Assembly (NCBI GenBank): GCA_963829525.1
Contig: CAWHIJ010000003.1
Span: 704,001 to 768,000 of the forward strand
Source of the DNA: an uncultured Actinomycetota bacterium
GTDB taxonomy: Bacteria > Actinomycetota > Actinomycetes > JAHEKZ01
Direction: 5' to 3'
DNA: 64,000 bases
Part shown: positions 44,311-53,414 of the stretch, piece by piece
Position numbering within the stretch: position 1 is the first letter of the stretch
Layout: each line of letters begins with the position of its first letter
Made by a program: the position numbers and the translations under genes
The notes under the pieces: generated by a model
What the model was told of the DNA's origin: nothing
Databases searched by the model: none
The model's input: the letters and a program-made list of their open reading frames with translations, nothing else

Positions 44311-44532
44311 ATGGCCAAGAAAGAAGGTGCCATCGAGATTGAGGGCACCGTCGTTGAGTCTCTACCCAATGCAATGTTTCGGGTTGAGCTCACCAACGGC
44401 CACAAGGTTCTCGCGCACATCAGCGGCAAGATGCGCCAGCACTACATCCGGATCCTCCCTGAGGACCGGGTAGTGGTGGAGTTGAGCCCGTACGACCTCA
44501 CTCGTGGACGCATCGTCTACCGGTACAAGTAA
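44311..44532 (+). CDS. infA: Translation initiation factor IF-1
   Basis: [25 protein letters not shown]. Confidence 0.99.
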   Translation: MAKKEGAIEIEGTVVESLPNAMFRVELTNGHKVLAHISGKMRQHYIRILPEDRVVVELSPYDLTRGRIVYRYK

Positions 44533-44588
44533 GCCACCCGAACCGAACGCGTTGAGACCCCTAAGACCTCTACCCCGGAGTAGGCACG

Positions 44589-44702
44589 ATGAAGGTTAAC
44601 CCCAGCGTCAAGCCGATCTGTGACAAGTGCAAGGTGATTCGCCGGCACGGTCGCGTGATGGTGATCTGCGAGAACCTGCGGCACAAGCAGCGTCAGGGCT
44701 GA
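44589..44702 (+). CDS. rpmJ: 50S ribosomal protein L36 (below ORF-track cutoff)
   Basis: [37 protein letters not shown]. Confidence 0.98.
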   Translation: MKVNPSVKPICDKCKVIRRHGRVMVICENLRHKQRQG

Positions 44703-44824
44703 CCTGACTCCGGCGTTCTAACAACTAAAAGACCAGCACGACCAGTAGTCCCAGCAAGCACATCAGGGCTGCACCCGACCCCTGCGGGATCTGTGCCACG
44801 GCATCGACCCCTGCAGGACGCCAC

Positions 44825-44893
44825 CTCCGGACGAAGGCCGGAGACCGCTCGCCGGCAACGGCAGGCGGACCGGTGCGGCCGATAAGACCTTCG
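44825..44893 (+). promoter_or_regulatory. Putative pseudoknot leader of the rpsM (alpha) operon
   Basis: Stem CTCCGG/CCGGAG; loop CGAAGG is complementary to CCTTCG at 44888-44893. Confidence 0.5.
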
Positions 44894-44912
44894 GCAGTGA
44901 AAGAGGAGCAAC

Positions 44913-45290
44913 ATGGCTCGCCTTGTGGGCGTTGACCTCCCGCGTGAAAAGCGCATGGAGATCGCCCTGACGTACATCTACGGCATCGGCCGTACCCGCT
45001 CGAAGGAGACGCTCGTCGCTACTGGCGTCGATCCCAACATGCGCTCTGCAGACCTCACCGACGAGCAGCTGGTCAAGCTGCGCGACTGGATCGAGGAGAA
45101 GTACCAGATCGAGGGTGACCTCCGCCGTGAGGTAGCCGCCGACATCCGCCGCAAGGTCGAGATCGGCAGCTATGAGGGCCTTCGCCACCGCCGCGGACTT
45201 CCCGTTCGTGGGCAGCGCACACACACCAACGCTCGGAGCCGTAAGGGTCCGCGCAAGGCTGTAGCGGGTAAGAAGAAGGTCACCAAGTAG
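44913..45290 (+). CDS. rpsM: 30S ribosomal protein S13
   Basis: [21 protein letters not shown]. Confidence 0.99.
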   Translation: MARLVGVDLPREKRMEIALTYIYGIGRTRSKETLVATGVDPNMRSADLTDEQLVKLRDWIEEKYQIEGDLRREVAADIRRKVEIGSYEGLRHRRGLPVRGQRTHTNARSRKGPRKAVAGKKKVTK

Positions 45291-45362
45291 TAGCCGCACG
45301 TTCCGCAGCCTGCACAGCGGGCGCGCACGATGCGGACCGATCACCTCCAGGAGTAGAAGAAC

Positions 45363-45764
45363 ATGCCCCCTAAGGCAAAGAGCGGCGCCAAGAAGGTGCG
45401 CCGCAAGGAAAAGAAGAACGTCGCCCACGGGCACGCTCACATCAAGAGCACGTTCAACAACACGATCGTGTCGATCACGGACCCCACCGGGGCAGTGATC
45501 TCGTGGGCGTCCGCCGGCCAGGTCGGTTTCAAGGGGTCCCGCAAGTCGACGCCTTACGCCGCCCAGATGGTGGCCGAGGCAGCCGCCCGCCGGGCACAGG
45601 AGCACGGCATGCGCAAGGTTGACGTCTTCGTCAAGGGTCCCGGCTCCGGTCGTGAGACCGCGATTCGCGCCCTGCAGGCAGCCGGCCTTGAGGTCGGGTC
45701 AATCCAGGACGTCACCCCCGTTCCGTTCAACGGTTGCCGGCCGCCCAAGCGTCGCCGCGTCTAA
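45363..45764 (+). CDS. rpsK: 30S ribosomal protein S11
   Basis: [28 protein letters not shown]. Confidence 0.99.
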   Translation: MPPKAKSGAKKVRRKEKKNVAHGHAHIKSTFNNTIVSITDPTGAVISWASAGQVGFKGSRKSTPYAAQMVAEAAARRAQEHGMRKVDVFVKGPGSGRETAIRALQAAGLEVGSIQDVTPVPFNGCRPPKRRRV

Positions 45765-45799
45765 TCCCCCCGAGACTTCGAAGCAGGAGCAGAACTTTC

Positions 45800-46426
45800 A
45801 TGGCCAGGTACACCGGAGCCGACTGCCGCAAGTGCCGTCGCGCAAAGATGAAGCTTTACCTCAAGGGCTCAAAGTGCGACAGCGCCAAGTGCCCCTTTGA
45901 GGCACGCCCGTATCCCCCCGGCCAGCATGGCCGAGGACGCAGCAAGGACAGCGAGTACTTGCTGCAGCTTCGTGAGAAGCAGAAGGCCAAGCAGATGTAC
46001 GGAATCTTCGAACGCCAGTTTCGTGGCTACTACGAAGAGGCGAACCAGAAGAAGGGTAAGACTGGCGACAACCTGCTGCGCATCCTCGAGTCGCGGCTTG
46101 ACAACGTTGTCTACCGTGCAGGGTTCGCCAAGTCGCGCGACATGGGACGCCAGTTGGTGCGCCACGGCCACATCATGGTCAACGGTCGCAAGGTTGACGT
46201 GCCTTCGTTCCGAGTATCTGACACCGACATCGTCGAGGTTCGGCCCAGCTCGGTTGAGCTGACCCCCTTCGTCATTGCGCGTGCCGAGGCTGGCGAACGC
46301 GAGGTGCCGGCGTGGATCGAGGTCATCCCCTCGAAGATGCGCATCTTGGTTCACTCGTTGCCTGTTCGGCAGCAGATCGACTCTCAGCTGCAGGAGCAGC
46401 TGATCGTCGAGCTCTACTCCAAGTAG
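45800..46426 (+). CDS. rpsD: 30S ribosomal protein S4 (Zn-finger form)
   Basis: CRKCRR..KCDSAKC, PPGQHG, LESRLDNVVYR, IVELYSK. Confidence 0.98.
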   Translation: MARYTGADCRKCRRAKMKLYLKGSKCDSAKCPFEARPYPPGQHGRGRSKDSEYLLQLREKQKAKQMYGIFERQFRGYYEEANQKKGKTGDNLLRILESRLDNVVYRAGFAKSRDMGRQLVRHGHIMVNGRKVDVPSFRVSDTDIVEVRPSSVELTPFVIARAEAGEREVPAWIEVIPSKMRILVHSLPVRQQIDSQLQEQLIVELYSK

Positions 46427-46515
46427 CAGCTCGACAGCGGGGTTCGGCAGCCGCCGAACCGTGCACCTGTTCGAGGCGTCAAATAGTGGGCGCCCTGACC
46501 CGGAGGTAGCTACAC

Positions 46516-47532
46516 GTGCTGATTGCACAGCGGCCGTCATTGGCCGAAGAGGTTGTCAACGAGAACCGATCACGATTCATCCTCGAGCCGCTCGAGCCTG
46601 GCTTCGGCTACACGCTCGGCAACTCGCTTCGCCGCACGCTGCTCTCATCGATCCCTGGAGCAGCAGTGACGTCGATTCGTATCGATGGGGTGCTGCACGA
46701 GTTCACGACGGTTCCTGGTGTCAAGGAAGACGTCACCGATCTCGTTCTCAACGTCAAAGAGCTCATCGTGAGCACTGAGCACGACGAGCCGGTTGTGATG
46801 TACCTCCGTAAGCAAGGCCCTGGTGTTGTCACTGCTGCCGACATTGCGCCACCGGCGGGTGTCGAGGTGCACAACCCCGAGCTCTTGCTGGCCACGCTCA
46901 ACGGCAAGGGCAAGCTTGAGATGGAGCTGACGGTCGAGCGCGGGCGGGGCTACGTGCGCGCCGAGCTCAACAAGCAGGCCGGCCAGGAGATCGGCCGTAT
47001 ACCGGTCGACTCGATCTACTCGCCCGTGCTCAAGGTCTCGTACAAGGTCGAGGCGACCCGCGTCGAGCAGCGAACCGACTTCGACCGCCTGGTGATCGAC
47101 GTCGAGACAAAGTCGTCAATGCGTCCGCGTGACGCAGTGGCGTCCGCTGGCAAGACCCTCGTCGAGCTGTTCGGTCTCTTCCGTGAGCTCAATGCGGAGG
47201 TCGAGGGGATCGACATGGGTCCGTCGCCGGCTGATGCGGCACTAGCTGCTGACATGGCCCTGCCCATCGAGGAGCTCGACCTCACCGTGCGGTCGTATAA
47301 CTGCCTCAAGCGTGAGGGCATCCACACGGTGGGTGAGCTCGTAAGTCGTAGCGAGGCCGACCTCATGGACATCCGCAACTTCGGTGCGAAGTCGATCGAC
47401 GAGGTCAAAGCCAAGCTCGTCGGACTCGGTATGGCCCTGAAGGACAGCCCGCCCGGATTCGACCCCTCGGCCATCGTCGACAACTACGACGAAGACGACG
47501 ACGAGGGATACGTCGAGGACGAGCAGCTCTAA
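46516..47532 (+). CDS. rpoA: RNA polymerase alpha subunit
   Basis: [30 protein letters not shown]. Confidence 0.99.
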   Translation: MLIAQRPSLAEEVVNENRSRFILEPLEPGFGYTLGNSLRRTLLSSIPGAAVTSIRIDGVLHEFTTVPGVKEDVTDLVLNVKELIVSTEHDEPVVMYLRKQGPGVVTAADIAPPAGVEVHNPELLLATLNGKGKLEMELTVERGRGYVRAELNKQAGQEIGRIPVDSIYSPVLKVSYKVEATRVEQRTDFDRLVIDVETKSSMRPRDAVASAGKTLVELFGLFRELNAEVEGIDMGPSPADAALAADMALPIEELDLTVRSYNCLKREGIHTVGELVSRSEADLMDIRNFGAKSIDEVKAKLVGLGMALKDSPPGFDPSAIVDNYDEDDDEGYVEDEQL

Positions 47533-47565
47533 CCATCGCCTGACTGAACGCAAGGAGAACGAGAA

Positions 47566-48150
47566 ATGCCAAGCCCCACCAAGGGCCCGCGTCTTGGCGG
47601 CAGTCCGGCGCACGAGCGGCTCATCCTGGCGAACCTCGCCACCGCGCTCTTCGAGCACGGCCGAATCACCACGACCGAAGCCAAAGCCAAGCGGGTTCGC
47701 CCACTGGCCGAGCGACTGATCACCTTCGCCAAGCGGGGTGACCTCGCCTCGCGGCGTCGGGTGATGACAGTCATCGGCGACAAGGGTGTGGTGCACATGC
47801 TCTTTGCCGAAATCGCACCTCAGTACGACAACCGTGCAGGTGGCTACACCCGAATCACCAAGATCGGTCCGCGAAAGGGCGACAACGCCCCGATGGCGGT
47901 CATCGAGCTGGTGGAGCGGCTGGACGAGAGCAAACGCAAGACACGTGCCAGCAAACCCAAGAAGGAAGCAGCGGCAGCTCCGGCTGCGGTCGAGGAGACC
48001 GTGACCGAGGAGACCGCTGACGAGACCGCAACTGAGTCTGCCGACGAGGCGACTGAGCCGGTGGAATCTTCCGAGGGGGTGTCGGCCGATGAGGCTGCCA
48101 CCGACGAGTCGGCGTCAGCTGACGAGGCTGACGGTTCCAAGGAGTCCTGA
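47566..48150 (+). CDS. rplQ: 50S ribosomal protein L17 with acidic C-terminal tail
   Basis: [24 protein letters not shown]. Confidence 0.98.
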   Translation: MPSPTKGPRLGGSPAHERLILANLATALFEHGRITTTEAKAKRVRPLAERLITFAKRGDLASRRRVMTVIGDKGVVHMLFAEIAPQYDNRAGGYTRITKIGPRKGDNAPMAVIELVERLDESKRKTRASKPKKEAAAAPAAVEETVTEETADETATESADEATEPVESSEGVSADEAATDESASADEADGSKES

Positions 48151-48170
48151 CGACTCCCGCGACTGAACAC

Positions 48171-48200
48171 GAGCCCGTTCCCCCTGAGGGGAGCGGGCTC
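48171..48200 (+). terminator. Hairpin after rplQ abutting the truA start codon
   Basis: GAGCCCGTTCCCC-CTGA-GGGGAGCGGGCTC. Confidence 0.65.
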
Positions 48201-49004
48201 GTGCGTTTGCGCCTTGATCTCGGTTACGACGGCTCGGGCTTTTCGGGATGGGCCAAGCAACCTGGGCGTAGGACGGTGGAAGGAGTGCTCGACGAGGCGC
48301 TCGCCGTCGTCCTTCGGCTGGACGCCGCGCCTGGACTGACGGTCGCCGGGCGCACCGATGCCGGCGTCCACGCTCGGGGCCAGGTTGCGCACAGCGACGT
48401 CCCCGCCGATGCGTGGGCCGCGAACGGTGAGCGTGCGTTGTTCAGACTTTCGGGTGTGCTGCCGGTCGACGTCCGCGTGTGGCGGGTTGCAAGAGCACCG
48501 CAAGGCTTCAACGCCCGCTTCAGCGCGACCTCGCGCCGCTACGCCTTCCGCATCTGCGACAACCCAGTGGGTGGCGACCCGATCCGGCGCTCAGACGTGG
48601 TGTGGAACCGTCGTCCGCTCAGCGTTGATGCGATGAACGCAGCTGCTGCCCAGCTCGTGGGCGAGCACGACTTCGTGGCCTTCTGCAAGAAGCGCGAGGG
48701 CGCGAGCACTGTGCGTACATTACGGGTCTTTGAGTGGCGCCGGCTCGATGATGGGGTGCTGGAGGCAACGGTTCAGGCTGACGCCTTCTGTCACAACATG
48801 GTGCGCTCACTGGTGGGTGCCTGCGTCGCGGTGGGGGAGGGCCGGAGTCCGGCGTCCTGGGTCGGCGATGTTCTTCGCGAGAGTCAGCGATCCTCGGCGG
48901 TCTTGGTGATGCCCCCGCGCGGCCTAACTCTCGAGGAAGTCACCTACCCAACGGACGCGGAGTTGGCAGCTCAGGCGTTAGCCTCCCGTCGATACCGTGG
49001 CTGA
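48201..49004 (+). CDS. truA: tRNA pseudouridine(38-40) synthase
   Basis: YDGSGFSGW, AGRTDAGVHARGQV, FCHNMVR. Confidence 0.97.
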   Translation: MRLRLDLGYDGSGFSGWAKQPGRRTVEGVLDEALAVVLRLDAAPGLTVAGRTDAGVHARGQVAHSDVPADAWAANGERALFRLSGVLPVDVRVWRVARAPQGFNARFSATSRRYAFRICDNPVGGDPIRRSDVVWNRRPLSVDAMNAAAAQLVGEHDFVAFCKKREGASTVRTLRVFEWRRLDDGVLEATVQADAFCHNMVRSLVGACVAVGEGRSPASWVGDVLRESQRSSAVLVMPPRGLTLEEVTYPTDAELAAQALASRRYRG

Positions 49005-49015
49005 CTCTCGCAGAG

Positions 49016-49055
49016 TGTTGCGGGAAGTGGCGTCATAACACCACTTCCCGCAACA
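49016..49055. terminator. Bidirectional terminator between convergent genes
   Basis: 15-bp perfect inverted repeat TGTTGCGGGAAGTGG/CCACTTCCCGCAACA. Confidence 0.75.
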
Positions 49056-49085
49056 ACCCGAAGCGTCCCCCGATGTTGACTGGGT

Positions 49086-49700
49086 TCAGCCGATGAGCTC
49101 GTCGGCGATGTCGCAGAAGTCGACTTCAAACGTCTGCCAGTGACCCGATGTCCTGATGAACTCGTCGGAGATGAACTCCCCGCCTGGCGCGCCATCGCCT
49201 CCGGTGTCGAAGACATAGGACCACACGAGGTTTCCGGCACTTCGGTAGCGCACCTTGCCCGATGAGTCGCGAATCGTGTCCCAGACGCCGCTCTCCTTGG
49301 TCTGGTAGGTGACTACCGAGTCACTCCCAGCGACAAGTGTTGCTGGCATCTCCCGCCAGTTCGTGTGCCACTCCTCGGTAAAGTACGCCCCGGTCTTTGA
49401 GTTGGTGAACGTTCCTTCGTAGGCGATTCGTTGATGCAATCTGAAGTACTGCCCACCGGTCTTCTTCGTGCCCTTGCTGGTGGTGTAGTTGCCAAAGGCG
49501 TGCGAGTCTTCCCTGATTTGGTATCCGCAGTCATCGAAGGTGATCGAGTCGGTGAAGTCGAAGCTTCCTGAGTCGATCGGCGCTGCGCTGGCTGGTGGTG
49601 CCGCAATCCCAACAGCGGCCGTGCTGGCAAAGACCGCAAGGAGCGCCAACCAGGTTGTTCGCGTACCGATGACTCGGGCGGTGTGGTGGTTAGTGTGCAT
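49086..49700 (-). CDS. Secreted hypothetical protein
   Basis: Sec-type signal peptide ending PASA-A; two Cys; beta-strand-like aromatic-rich mature part; RBS AGGGAAG. Confidence 0.75.
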   Translation of the reverse strand: MHTNHHTARVIGTRTTWLALLAVFASTAAVGIAAPPASAAPIDSGSFDFTDSITFDDCGYQIREDSHAFGNYTTSKGTKKTGGQYFRLHQRIAYEGTFTNSKTGAYFTEEWHTNWREMPATLVAGSDSVVTYQTKESGVWDTIRDSSGKVRYRSAGNLVWSYVFDTGGDGAPGGEFISDEFIRTSGHWQTFEVDFCDIADELIG

Positions 49701-49734
49701 TGGGCTTCTTCCCTAACTAGTAGGACGCGTTGCG

Positions 49735-50508
49735 TTAGCGCGCGTTTGAGTGGTGGATCGACTGCAGTAGCTCGCTGAGTGCATCAAGGGTCTGCTGATC
49801 GTCGGCGACGGAAGAGGTCGCCGCGAAGGCGATCGGTCTAGAACCCTCGAGGCTTACCTCCGCGAAGCGGAACAGGGCATCGTGACGAGTAATGGCGAGC
49901 GGTGCGCCGCGACCGATGCCGGCAAGCGGGAGGATGGGCACCGAGCTTTGATCGGACCTGCCCCCTGCCAGCGAAAGGTCGATCGTGTTGCCGCTCCAGG
50001 GACGGATCCCCCTTGGGTCTTCGTATTGGTAGATGCCCTGTCGATCAGCGGACTGGATTGCCGGGTGCTTAAGCAACCAGAGGAGCAGATCCCCTTGAAT
50101 TGGAGTGCGGTCGTACCCACGCGGTTCGTACACCTCGTAGGGGATGGTGATGACTAGCCGCGCATCGGATCCATCCTGCGGTGTTAGCTCAACGTAGCGG
50201 CCGTCGTGTGCGATGTCCCAGCCAGCAGGTACGCGCATCGTGGCCGGCCCTGGAAGATCTACGCCGATCGTTGCCGATTTCGGTTGGCTGGCGGGAGGTG
50301 CTGGAGTATCGGACTGCATCGGCCCACCGGCGATGATCCAGCCGACCATGGCCACGACCGCCACTGCAGCGAGCACCAGCGAAGGTCGCACCAGACCGTT
50401 TCTCCGTCCGCCCGCCAGCACATGGTCGAAGGCCTGGTCGACATCAAGCAGAGCCACCTCTGATCTGAGGTCATCCATGGCGCGACGCGCGTGGAGGTCG
50501 ACTGACAT
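49735..50508 (-). CDS. Single-pass membrane protein, putative anti-sigma factor
   Basis: Short N-terminus, TM segment VLAAVAVVAMVGWII, Pro-rich linker; TGATG-coupled to the sigma gene. Confidence 0.6.
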   Translation of the reverse strand: MSVDLHARRAMDDLRSEVALLDVDQAFDHVLAGGRRNGLVRPSLVLAAVAVVAMVGWIIAGGPMQSDTPAPPASQPKSATIGVDLPGPATMRVPAGWDIAHDGRYVELTPQDGSDARLVITIPYEVYEPRGYDRTPIQGDLLLWLLKHPAIQSADRQGIYQYEDPRGIRPWSGNTIDLSLAGGRSDQSSVPILPLAGIGRGAPLAITRHDALFRFAEVSLEGSRPIAFAATSSVADDQQTLDALSELLQSIHHSNAR

Positions 50509-51058
50509 CAGGCGTCATCTCCTTCATCGACGTCGAGTCCGAGCCGGGCCGCGAGCACCTGTCGTCCACGGGACAGGTGGGTCTTGGCGGTTCCGGGGAT
50601 ATCCCAAGCGTCATGGCAAGGTCTGCCACGCTCATGTCGTAGCCGTAGAACAACGCAACGACCTGTGCTTGGCGTCTGGGCAGACGGCGTACTTCTGACC
50701 AGAAGACCTCGTTCTCGGCATCTAACGCCGGGGCACTCCCCTGTGGTGTCCCAATGCGTAGTAGAGCCCGAGTCTCGGCCATCTTTCTTCGCACCCACGA
50801 GACCGAGAGGTTGGAGCAAGACCGTCGGACGTAGGCAGCCGGGTTTTCGATCGACTCACCGCGTTCGAGCCTACGGTGGAGGCTCAGCAGTGCCTCTTGT
50901 GCCATGTCCTCCGCAGTTTCGCGTGAACCAGTGAGCCCCCAAGCGATCGCCACCAACCCGCGGTACTCGGCCCGAAAGACAGCCGAAAACGACACCACCC
51001 CAGGGAGATGCTCGACCTGACCCTCGATGATGTGTGGTGCGTCGTCGGTAGTACCCAC
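50508..51058 (-). CDS. ECF RNA polymerase sigma factor (SigE-like), frameshift at 50595-50598
   Basis: AEDMAQEA (region 2), LPRRQAQVVALFY (region 4); one added C gives LGISPGTAKTHLSRGR. Confidence 0.82.
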
Positions 51059-51339
51059 ACCACGCCCTTCCGTCTGGGGCTCACCGGTCAAGGTCACACC
51101 ATGTAGTCGTCTGGACCTGATTCTTTGGTTGACACGGCTCCGGAGGAGTTTTCGGGGGATGCCAGCTACTGGCTCCGCTGAGTATCTCCCCTCCACGAGC
51201 AGCCGAGTGGGGCAGAGGTGGGCAACCGAACGCGTACTGGCGCCCGTGGCTTCAGCTTGCGCGGTGACCGCCGCCGGAGGCGTCCTCTCATTCACTGCGC
51301 TCTAAGGGCCAGCTCTCGCTGGGGGTGCAGGTCTGATGT

Positions 51340-52254
51340 CTATGCGCAGACGGCCTTCGAAAGCCCCTTGACGCTGATACCGGCGGTGGAGGTGGCGCCG
51401 CCGACCTGCACCACCAGCGTCAGTCGGTCACTGTCGGTCGCAGGTGGACACGGGTCAACGGGCTCAAGCTGGATCTCTGATGACCCCCCTGGTGGGACTG
51501 AAGCAACGCAAGACGCGTCGCAGTCAGGGTTCGGGACGAGCGCCGCGACCCCCGATGCCGAACCGATCGCTTTGACGATGAGCGTCTGGGGGCCGAGCCA
51601 AGTAAGGCGCACGCGTAGAGAATTCCCCTCAAGCACTTTGCCAGAAAGGTCAGGGAGCGGTTTGGCCGCCGGTCTGCTCTTTGGGCAGATGGCGTAGGCA
51701 GTGTGCAGCGGGCCGTCCAGTCGTAGGTAGCTGCGAGTGGCATTTGGAAAATCCGTTGGTGAGGGCCACTGGACAGGAATCACATCAGGACAATCGGTAA
51801 GGCGATAGCGACTGCGCACCGTCAGCGTTCCGCTGGCGTTGATGGAGATGGGTCCCTCGAACGAGGTGGATCGCCCATCCGGTGTGATGACTGATGTGTC
51901 AACCAGCTCCAGCCCAAGGGGGGTCAGCTCACTCGGGACTGCGCGGGCTCTGTCACCTTCGATGACGGACGAGACCTCATCGACGACGATCATATCGCCA
52001 GTAACGGTGACAGTGCTGGTGCTCTCGACTGTTGCAGCGGACTCGCTGGCGTTGCCATCTCGGGCGCTTGACGAGATCGACGGCTGGACCGACGGGGTCT
52101 GATCACGTGGCGATGGGTCGCCTGGCCACACGAACATCGCGGCGGCAAAGACCCCGACGGTCAGCATTGCCACCAGGGAGATCAGGAGTCCCAAGTGCCA
52201 GCGCGGGCGCGGCGGGACCGGCGAGCGGTGTCGACCTGACGGGGCGTGGGACAC
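51340..52254 (-). CDS. Hypothetical single-pass membrane protein with Cys-containing ectodomain
   Basis: TM segment [21 protein letters not shown], Ser/Pro linker, six Cys; CAGACT box 6 nt before GTG. Confidence 0.6.
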   Translation of the reverse strand: MSHAPSGRHRSPVPPRPRWHLGLLISLVAMLTVGVFAAAMFVWPGDPSPRDQTPSVQPSISSSARDGNASESAATVESTSTVTVTGDMIVVDEVSSVIEGDRARAVPSELTPLGLELVDTSVITPDGRSTSFEGPISINASGTLTVRSRYRLTDCPDVIPVQWPSPTDFPNATRSYLRLDGPLHTAYAICPKSRPAAKPLPDLSGKVLEGNSLRVRLTWLGPQTLIVKAIGSASGVAALVPNPDCDASCVASVPPGGSSEIQLEPVDPCPPATDSDRLTLVVQVGGATSTAGISVKGLSKAVCA

Positions 52255-52363
52255 GGCGACAGTCTGCCGAGTCAAAGGCGCAGGCGGTGACACCGGCACG
52301 CACTCGACGCGCCAGGGGCCCACCAGGCACGCACTCGGTGAGCCGGTGGGGCACACTCCAGGG

Positions 52364-53296
52364 ATGCGACTCGTGGTGGCTCTTGGCGGTAATGCTCTTC
52401 TGAGGCGTGGCCAACCGATGACCCTGGAGAACCAGCGCGTCAACGTCCGAGTCGCCGCCGAGGCGCTGGCGCCGGTCGCGATGGAGCATGAGCTGGTCAT
52501 CACCCATGGCAACGGGCCACAGGTGGGGCTGCTCGCGCTCCAGGGCGCGGCCTACCACCCGGACGAGGCGTTCCCGCTCGACGTCCTGGGCGCCGAGACC
52601 GAAGGGTTGATCGGCTACCTGATCGAGCAAGAGCTTGGCAACCTGCTGCCGTTCGAGAAGCCCCTTGCCACGTTGCTGACGATGGTCGAGGTCGATCCGA
52701 GCGACCCGGCTTTCGCGGATCCGACGAAGTTCGTAGGGCCGGTCTACGAGAAGCAGGACGCCGATGCGCTCGTTGCTGCAAAGGGCTGGCACTTCAAGAT
52801 GGACGGCGAGGTGTGGCGCCGTGTCGTTCCGTCACCGCGTCCGAAACAGATCTTCGAACTGCGGCCTGTGCGCTGGCTGCTGGAACAGGGCGCCGTCGTC
52901 ATCGCGGCGGGTGGCGGAGGAATACCCACCATGTACCTACCTGGCACGCGCACGCTGGTGGGAGTCGAGGCGGTTGTCGACAAGGATCTCGCGAGCGCAC
53001 TGATGGCTCAGCTGATCGATGCCGACGAGTTCGTCGTCGCTACCGACGCCGACGCGGTCTATGTCGACTGGGGAACCGATCATCAGCGGGCGTTGGCGCG
53101 CGTCAGCCCCGATGCTCTGGCGCAGATGAACTTTCCGGACGGATCAATGGGCCCCAAGGTCGGTGCCGCGTGCGACTTCGTGCTGACGACCAAGCGTCCG
53201 GCCCGAATCGGTGACCTGGCGGCTCTGCCCGCCGTCCTCGGTGGTGCCGCTGGCACCGTGATCGTCCACGGTGAGGGCATCGTCGAGTACCGCTGA
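52364..53296 (+). CDS. arcC: Carbamate kinase
   Basis: [52 protein letters not shown]. Confidence 0.95.
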   Translation: MRLVVALGGNALLRRGQPMTLENQRVNVRVAAEALAPVAMEHELVITHGNGPQVGLLALQGAAYHPDEAFPLDVLGAETEGLIGYLIEQELGNLLPFEKPLATLLTMVEVDPSDPAFADPTKFVGPVYEKQDADALVAAKGWHFKMDGEVWRRVVPSPRPKQIFELRPVRWLLEQGAVVIAAGGGGIPTMYLPGTRTLVGVEAVVDKDLASALMAQLIDADEFVVATDADAVYVDWGTDHQRALARVSPDALAQMNFPDGSMGPKVGAACDFVLTTKRPARIGDLAALPAVLGGAAGTVIVHGEGIVEYR

Positions 53297-53414
53297 GCTC
53301 ACCCCTCAGGATTGGGGGTGTTCCCTGACGCATGGCCTGGTGGGGTATCACAATGCTGAGGGGTGAGGGAATTCGTTGGCCCGTCGAGTGCCCGATAGGT
53401 GAGACTGTCTGCTC

